Shown here: in pieces, positions 58,478 through 64,000 of the stretch
Layout of the letters: every line of letters starts with the position of its first letter
Numbering within the stretch: the first letter of the stretch is position 1
Source: Pyrinomonadaceae bacterium
GTDB lineage: Bacteria > Acidobacteriota > Blastocatellia > Pyrinomonadales > Pyrinomonadaceae
NCBI GenBank assembly: GCA_046313635.1
Contig: JBKBYA010000001.1
Location: forward strand, 352,001-416,000
Length of the DNA stretch: 64,000 nucleotides
Direction: 5' to 3'
The notes under the pieces: model-generated
Databases searched by the model: none
The model's input: the letters and a program-made list of their open reading frames with translations, nothing else
What the model was told of the DNA's origin: nothing
Position numbers and translations under genes: made by a program

Positions 58478-58906
58478 ATGAAGCGAATCTTCCCCATCCT
58501 CGCCGTCCTCGCAGCTCTCATCGGGCTGGGCGACTCGGTATATCTGACCGTGAACCATCTGACGGCGACGCCCGTGCCATGCAGCATCGTTTCGGGCTGC
58601 GAGACCGTGCTGACCAGCGAGTACGCCGAGATAGGCGGCATACCGCTCGCTGCCTTTGGCGTGGCCGCCTACTTTGTCGCGTTCGCACTCTCGATGCTGG
58701 CCTTTTACGGCAACCGCGCGGCGTGGACGCTTTTTGGCCTTCAGGCTGCGGCGATGGCTGCGGTGTCGCTGCTTTTGATCTATGTGCAGGCATTTGTGAT
58801 CGGGGCCTTTTGCCAGTTCTGCCTGCTGTCGGCGGCGACGTCGTTCTCGCTGCTGGCCCTCTTTGTGATCTCAATAATTTCCGGTGCCAAAATTCAGGCC
58901 GAGTGA
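58478..58906 (+). CDS. Vitamin K epoxide reductase (VKOR) family protein
   Basis: CSIVSGCETVLTSEYA, FCQFC. Confidence 0.9.
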   Translation: MKRIFPILAVLAALIGLGDSVYLTVNHLTATPVPCSIVSGCETVLTSEYAEIGGIPLAAFGVAAYFVAFALSMLAFYGNRAAWTLFGLQAAAMAAVSLLLIYVQAFVIGAFCQFCLLSAATSFSLLALFVISIISGAKIQAE

Positions 58907-59062
58907 AACCGACCGCCTCGCCGCGGCGAACATTCATTGTGTCGAGGCAGTTCGACAAAGAACGGCGGGCCGGCAGCGAGCACGGGAGGGAATTTCGGAC
59001 GATCTGACCTTTGAGGCTCGGGCCGTTGGCCCGATACGGGTTGCAGACAGGTAATCGACCTT

Positions 59063-59620
59063 TTGGCTGACGCTATTCTAAAACGCATAGCTTCGGGAGA
59101 CCGTTCGGCTGTCCAGGATTGTCTGGACAAATACGGCGGCCTCGTCTGGTCGCTCGCCCGAAAGATGCTGCGAGGCAGCGACGACGCAGAGGACGCAGTG
59201 CAGGAGATCTTTGTCGATCTTTGGAAGAACGCGGCGCGCTTTGACGAGGCGCAGGCTTCGGAGACGACGTTCATAGCGATGATCGCGAGACGGCGGCTGA
59301 TCGACAAGATCCGACATTCGAACCGGCGAATTTCGGCCGATTCGCTCGACGAAATGCTCGTCGAGCCGTCAAACCGCGGCGATCAAAAGATACAGCTTTC
59401 AGTCGAGGCAGGGCAGGTCGCCGAGGCGATACGAAGTTTACGACCCGAGCAGCAGCAGGTCTTGCAGCTTTCGATCGTGCAGGGGCTGTCGCATCAGGAG
59501 ATCGCCGACGCGACCGGGATGCCGCTCGGCACGGTCAAGACGCACGCCCGGCGCGGCATAATTCAGGCGAGGGAATTTTTGGGATTGGGAAGCGGCGGCA
59601 ATAGGGAGGTGGCTGTATGA
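59063..59620 (+). CDS. ECF sigma factor (SigK-like)
   Basis: AEDAVQEIF, SHQEIADATGMPLGTVKT; coupled to an anti-sigma gene. Confidence 0.9.
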   Translation: MADAILKRIASGDRSAVQDCLDKYGGLVWSLARKMLRGSDDAEDAVQEIFVDLWKNAARFDEAQASETTFIAMIARRRLIDKIRHSNRRISADSLDEMLVEPSNRGDQKIQLSVEAGQVAEAIRSLRPEQQQVLQLSIVQGLSHQEIADATGMPLGTVKTHARRGIIQAREFLGLGSGGNREVAV

Positions 59621-60471
59621 ATCGGAACTCCGACGAGATCCTTTTCGACCTCCTGGTCAAAGAGGCGACCGAAGGGCTGACGCCCGACGAACGTCGCGAG
59701 CTGGAGGAGATGCAGGCAGGCGCGCTGAACAAAGACGATTCGTTCGAGCTGACCGCGGCCGCCGTATCGCTGGCGGGCCTCGAGGTGATCGAGCCGATGC
59801 CCTCTCATCTCCGGGCACGGATAGAGGATGCCGCGGACCAGTGGTTCGCCGATCGCGAGTCGCTGGCCGCGTCGGGAACGAGAGACGTCGATCGCCCCGT
59901 CGCGGCATCGCCGGGGATCGGCCTATTCGGCTGGCTGGGCTGGGCCGCGGCGGCGGCCGCGTGCATCGTGCTCGTATTTAATCTTTACTCGCCGACCAGC
60001 CTCAGCAGACAGACCGCGTCTTCGCCGACGCCGTCGGCAAGCATAGCGCCGCCGTCGGCCGCGGAGCTTCGTGCGGAGCTGATAAATTCGGCCCCCGATA
60101 TCAAGCGGGCCGTCTGGGGGCCGGGCAACGTCAAGGAACTCTCGTCGGTCTCGGGCGACGCCGTCTGGAGCGATGCGGAGCAGAGAGGTTACCTGCGATT
60201 TCAGGGTCTGCCCAAGAACGACAGGTCAAAACAGTCTTATCAACTCTGGATCTTTGACGAGACACAGAGCGACAAGACGCCGATCGACGGCGGCGTATTT
60301 GACGTCGATTCTAACGGCGAGGTGATCATACCGATCGACGCCAAGCTCAAGGTGAGGAATCCCGCCGCCTTCGCCGTCACCATCGAAAAACCCGGCGGCG
60401 TCGTCGTCTCAGACCGTTCAAAGATCGCCGTACTCGGCAAGGTTGAAACCTCTCAGCGGCCGTCTGCGTAA
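59617..60471 (+). CDS. RskA-like anti-sigma factor
   Basis: Single TM helix, YQLWI, FAVTIEKPGG. Confidence 0.85.
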   Translation: MNRNSDEILFDLLVKEATEGLTPDERRELEEMQAGALNKDDSFELTAAAVSLAGLEVIEPMPSHLRARIEDAADQWFADRESLAASGTRDVDRPVAASPGIGLFGWLGWAAAAAACIVLVFNLYSPTSLSRQTASSPTPSASIAPPSAAELRAELINSAPDIKRAVWGPGNVKELSSVSGDAVWSDAEQRGYLRFQGLPKNDRSKQSYQLWIFDETQSDKTPIDGGVFDVDSNGEVIIPIDAKLKVRNPAAFAVTIEKPGGVVVSDRSKIAVLGKVETSQRPSA

Positions 60472-60582
60472 GAGTCACGCACAGTTTCAGAGATCTGATC
60501 CGAGCGTCCCGCCCACAAGGACGCCGCAGGTGCAGGTCTCTTTCGCTTCTTCACTTAAAAAACAACGGGACGAGGATCGTAA

Positions 60583-63387
60583 ATGAGTATCAAGGAAATT
60601 CTGATCACCGCTTTGGTTGTGGTGTCATTCGTCACCTCAAACGCGACCGCCCAGCCGAAGGCCGCGGGCGACCGTCTGCCGGCACTTGCCGTAAAGGAAT
60701 ACCGGCTCAAGAACGGGCTCCGCGTGATATTGCACCCAGATCGGTCGACGCCGATCGTCGCCGTCAACGTGTGGTATCACGTCGGCTCAAAGAACGAGGT
60801 GCCGGGCCGCACGGGCTTTGCGCACCTGTTTGAACACATGATGTTTCAGGGGTCGAAGAATTACGACACCGATTTTCTCAAGGCCGTCGACGATCTCGGC
60901 GCGAGCAATCTCAACGGCTCGACCAACGCCGACCGGACGAATTATTACGAGGTCGTGCCGTCGAATCAGCTCGAGGCCGTACTGTTTCTCGAGGCCGACC
61001 GGATGGGCGGGCTGCTCGACGCACTGACGCAGGAAAAGCTCGACAACCAGCGTGACGTCGTCAAGAACGAGCGCCGGCAGAACTACGACAACCAGCCCTA
61101 CGGCACCGCGTCAGAAAAGATCGCGGCGCTTATGTACCCGTCCGGCCACCCGTACAGCTGGACGACCATCGGTTCGCTCGACGACCTGACGGCGGCTTCG
61201 ATGGAGGACGTCAAATCGTTCTTTCGCCAATTCTACGTTCCGAATAACGCGTCGCTCGTCATCGCCGGCGACTTTGACGAGAAGCAGGCCCGGCGGTGGG
61301 TCGAGAAGTACTTTGGTCCGATCAGGAGCGGCTCGAATGTCGTCCGTCCAAACCCGGCCGCGCCCAAGCTCGACGGCGTGATCCGCAGGGAGTACGAGGA
61401 CGCCGTCCAGCTGCCGCGGCTCTATCAGGTCTGGCACACCGTACCGATGGGCCACAGGGACGAGGCCGCGCTCGACATCCTCGCGTCGATACTGTCGGCC
61501 GGCCGCGGCTCGCGTCTGCAGAGCAAGATGGTCTTTGACAAACAGTTGGTCCAGGACGTATTTGCTTCGCATTTCAGCCGCGAGATCGGCGGGTCTTTTC
61601 AGATAACATCGACCGCGCGGCCGGGCAAGACGCTGAACGAGGTCGAGCAGGAGATCGACGCCGAGATCGAGCGGATCAAAAAAGAGGCCCCGTCGGCCGA
61701 CGAGGTCCAGCGAGCGCTCAACCGCATCGAGGCGCAGGCGATCTTTTCGCTTCAGACCGTCAACGGCAAGGCCGACCAGCTCAATCGCAACGCGACATTC
61801 TTTGATCGCCCCGACAGCTTCCAGCAGCAGCTCGACGAGTATCGCAGAGTGACACCGGCCGATGTGCAGCGCGTCGCCCGCGAGTACCTCGTCGACAATC
61901 ATCTGGTGATGAACTTTGTACCGCGCAAGCAGCGCGCTGCATCGGCGGCCAACACCGCCGCCAACACGCCGACGACCAAGGCCGGGGCCAAACGCGAGGA
62001 CAAGCCCGACTATTCAAAGAATCTGCCAAAGCCCGGGCCGGAGCCTAAATTCTCTCTGCCGGCGATCGAGAAGCAAAAACTCTCGAACGGCCTAGAGGTC
62101 TGGCTCGTACGGCAGACCGAGCTGCCGATCGTCTCGATGAATCTCGTCCTCAAGACCGGCGCGACGGCCGACCCGAACGGCAAGGCCGGCACGGCGTCGT
62201 TCACGTCGAGCCTGCTCAATACGGGCACAAAGACGCGCTCGGCGGTCGATATCGCCAATCAGCTCGCGGATATCGGCGCGAGCCTCAACACCGGCTCCGG
62301 CTGGGACGCCTCCAACGTCTCGATGCAGACGCTGACCAAGAACCTCGACAAGGCGCTCGACGTCTTTGCCGACGTCGTCGTCAACGCGTCGTTCCCCGAA
62401 AAGGAATTCGAGACGCTGCAGCGGCGGTCCCTGATCGGCTTCCAGCAGCGTCGCGACAACGCGAACGCTATCGCCGGCGTCGCCTACAGCAAATTGCTCT
62501 ACGGCAAGGATCATCCCTACGGCAACGCGATCGGCGGCGACGAGGCCTCGGTCAAGTCGCTCAAGCGCTCGGACGTACAGGGGTTTTACGAGCGCTTCTA
62601 TCGACCGAACAATGCCGTCCTGATCGTCGCCGGCAACACGACGATGCAGGACCTCACGCCGCGGCTCGAAAAAGCGTTCGCAGGCTGGAAGCCGGCGGAG
62701 GTCGCCTCCGTGACGATCGCCGATCCGCCGAGCTTCGATCGGCCGGGCATCTATCTGATCGACAAGCCCGGCGCCGCACAGTCCGTCGTGCTGATCGGCC
62801 ATGTCGGCGTGCCGCGCAACAATCCGGACTACTACGCTCTCGAGGTGATGAACAACATCCTGGGCGGCGGCGGCTCGGCCCGGCTCTTTATGAACCTCCG
62901 CGAGGACAAGGGCTACACTTACGGCGCGTACAGCAACTTCTCGTTCCGACGCGGCGCGGGCCCCTTTACGGCGTCAGCCGGCGTGCAGACGGCGGTGACC
63001 AAAGAGTCGGTCATCGAGTTTATGAAGGAGCTGAACGGCATCCGCGGCTCGATCCCGATCACGCCGCAGGAGTTCGAGGCAAACAAGCGGAACATCATCC
63101 GCAGCTTCCCGGCCGGCTTTGAGACGAACGGGCAGATCGCCGGGCAGCTCGCCAATATCGTGACGTTCGGCCTGCCGGACACTTACTTTAACGACTACAT
63201 TCGCAACATCAACGCGGTCACGCTCGTTGATGTGAATCGCGTCGCGAACAAGTACCTGACGCCCGACAAAATGGCGGTCCTCATCGTCGGCGACCGGTCG
63301 GTGGTCGAGTCGAGGCTCCGAGAGATCGACCCGCTGGGCCGCACGATCTACTATCTCGACGCCGACGGCAACCCGATCGCGCAGTAG
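60583..63387 (+). CDS. M16 family (pitrilysin-like) zinc protease, exported
   Basis: AHLFEHMMF inverted zincin motif; second half with LREDKGYTY. Confidence 0.93.
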   Translation: MSIKEILITALVVVSFVTSNATAQPKAAGDRLPALAVKEYRLKNGLRVILHPDRSTPIVAVNVWYHVGSKNEVPGRTGFAHLFEHMMFQGSKNYDTDFLKAVDDLGASNLNGSTNADRTNYYEVVPSNQLEAVLFLEADRMGGLLDALTQEKLDNQRDVVKNERRQNYDNQPYGTASEKIAALMYPSGHPYSWTTIGSLDDLTAASMEDVKSFFRQFYVPNNASLVIAGDFDEKQARRWVEKYFGPIRSGSNVVRPNPAAPKLDGVIRREYEDAVQLPRLYQVWHTVPMGHRDEAALDILASILSAGRGSRLQSKMVFDKQLVQDVFASHFSREIGGSFQITSTARPGKTLNEVEQEIDAEIERIKKEAPSADEVQRALNRIEAQAIFSLQTVNGKADQLNRNATFFDRPDSFQQQLDEYRRVTPADVQRVAREYLVDNHLVMNFVPRKQRAASAANTAANTPTTKAGAKREDKPDYSKNLPKPGPEPKFSLPAIEKQKLSNGLEVWLVRQTELPIVSMNLVLKTGATADPNGKAGTASFTSSLLNTGTKTRSAVDIANQLADIGASLNTGSGWDASNVSMQTLTKNLDKALDVFADVVVNASFPEKEFETLQRRSLIGFQQRRDNANAIAGVAYSKLLYGKDHPYGNAIGGDEASVKSLKRSDVQGFYERFYRPNNAVLIVAGNTTMQDLTPRLEKAFAGWKPAEVASVTIADPPSFDRPGIYLIDKPGAAQSVVLIGHVGVPRNNPDYYALEVMNNILGGGGSARLFMNLREDKGYTYGAYSNFSFRRGAGPFTASAGVQTAVTKESVIEFMKELNGIRGSIPITPQEFEANKRNIIRSFPAGFETNGQIAGQLANIVTFGLPDTYFNDYIRNINAVTLVDVNRVANKYLTPDKMAVLIVGDRSVVESRLREIDPLGRTIYYLDADGNPIAQ

Positions 63388-63414
63388 CCGCCGCGCCAAG
63401 GCGCAAATGACGTG

Positions 63415-63443
63415 GAGGCCGTCTGAGGAGACGGCCTCTTTTT
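63415..63443 (+). terminator. Intrinsic terminator
   Basis: GAGGCCGTCT / AGACGGCCTC plus TTTTT. Confidence 0.85.
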
Positions 63444-63480
63444 GCTGTTATTTAGGTTCGCCTGATCTTCGTCTGAGCAT

Positions 63481-63585
63481 AGCCCCGCCGTTCACGGCGG
63501 GGTCAGGCCGAGCAGAAAAAACCAAGGGCGTTTTAACGCCCTTAGATCAGTCGTTTGGTAAGCCGCCCCATCTATGGCGCGGCCG
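63481..63585. repeat. Cluster of REP-like palindromes
   Basis: CCCCGCCG-ttca-CGGCGGGG; AAGGGCGTT-tt-AACGCCCTT; GCCGC...GCGGC. Confidence 0.55.
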
Positions 63586-63589
63586 ATCC

Positions 63590-64000
63590 TCAGCTCGCCA
63601 GCGCGAACTGTCTTAGCAGCGACGGCGGGTCAAAGCCGAAGTGCTTATAGGCCGCGGCGGTCGCCACGCGGCCGCGGCGCGTGCGATTGAGAAAGCCGAT
63701 CTGGATCAGATACGGCTCGATCATCTCCTCGATCGACTCGCGGTCTTCGCTGATCGACGCGGCGATCGTGCCGACGCCGACCGGGCCGCCGTCAAACTTT
63801 TCGATGATCGCGAGCAGCAGCCTGCGGTCTATCTCGTCGAGCCCAAAGCGGTCGACCTCCATCGCATCGAGCGCGCTCCTTGTCAACGCGCCGCTGACGC
63901 GGCCGTTGCCGATGATCTCCGCGTAATCGCGTACGCGGCGAAGCAGGCGGTTGGCGATACGCGGCGTGCCGCGTGCGCGCCTGGCGAGCTCTTCCGCTCC
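63590..64000 (-). CDS. ruvB: Holliday junction branch migration helicase RuvB (5' part outside the window)
   Basis: [29 protein letters not shown]. Confidence 0.95.
   Translation of the reverse strand, partial: GAEELARRARGTPRIANRLLRRVRDYAEIIGNGRVSGALTRSALDAMEVDRFGLDEIDRRLLLAIIEKFDGGPVGVGTIAASISEDRESIEEMIEPYLIQIGFLNRTRRGRVATAAAYKHFGFDPPSLLRQFALAS

Noticed and set aside
57660..58906. DsbA-VKOR pair as a novel system
   Set aside because: Well-established alternative to DsbA/DsbB

Overview
GC-rich bacterial chromosomal segment with about 60 CDS. The gene content (large secreted proteins ending in a DFDGDGKTD-type repeat domain, DsbA-VKOR, CarD family, LysW-like zinc ribbon) suggests Acidobacteriota, probably Blastocatellia; this taxonomic call is an inference. 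Most genes are housekeeping, signalling or envelope: queF, pyrE, truA, uppS, pta, clpC, dxs, partial ruvB, three two-component systems, two ECF sigma factors and c-di-GMP enzymes. I found no rRNA, tRNA, CRISPR array, integrase or transposase. Notable features: (1) a family of elements built from inverted arrays of 7-, 8- or 9-nt tandem repeats, one inserted in frame in an ABC transporter and one caught in a 128-bp duplication; (2) an AT-richer restriction-modification islet (BglII/BstYI-like nuclease plus MT-A70 methyltransferase) abutting a gene remnant; (3) a 4.1-kb segment bounded by a 25-bp direct repeat that splits a terminator; (4) a fatty-acid desaturase with an OmpR-type box next to an intramembrane-sensing kinase; (5) a multi-hairpin leader before a 3D-domain gene; (6) an uncharacterised radical SAM pair. 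All family assignments come from motif recognition by eye, not from database searches.
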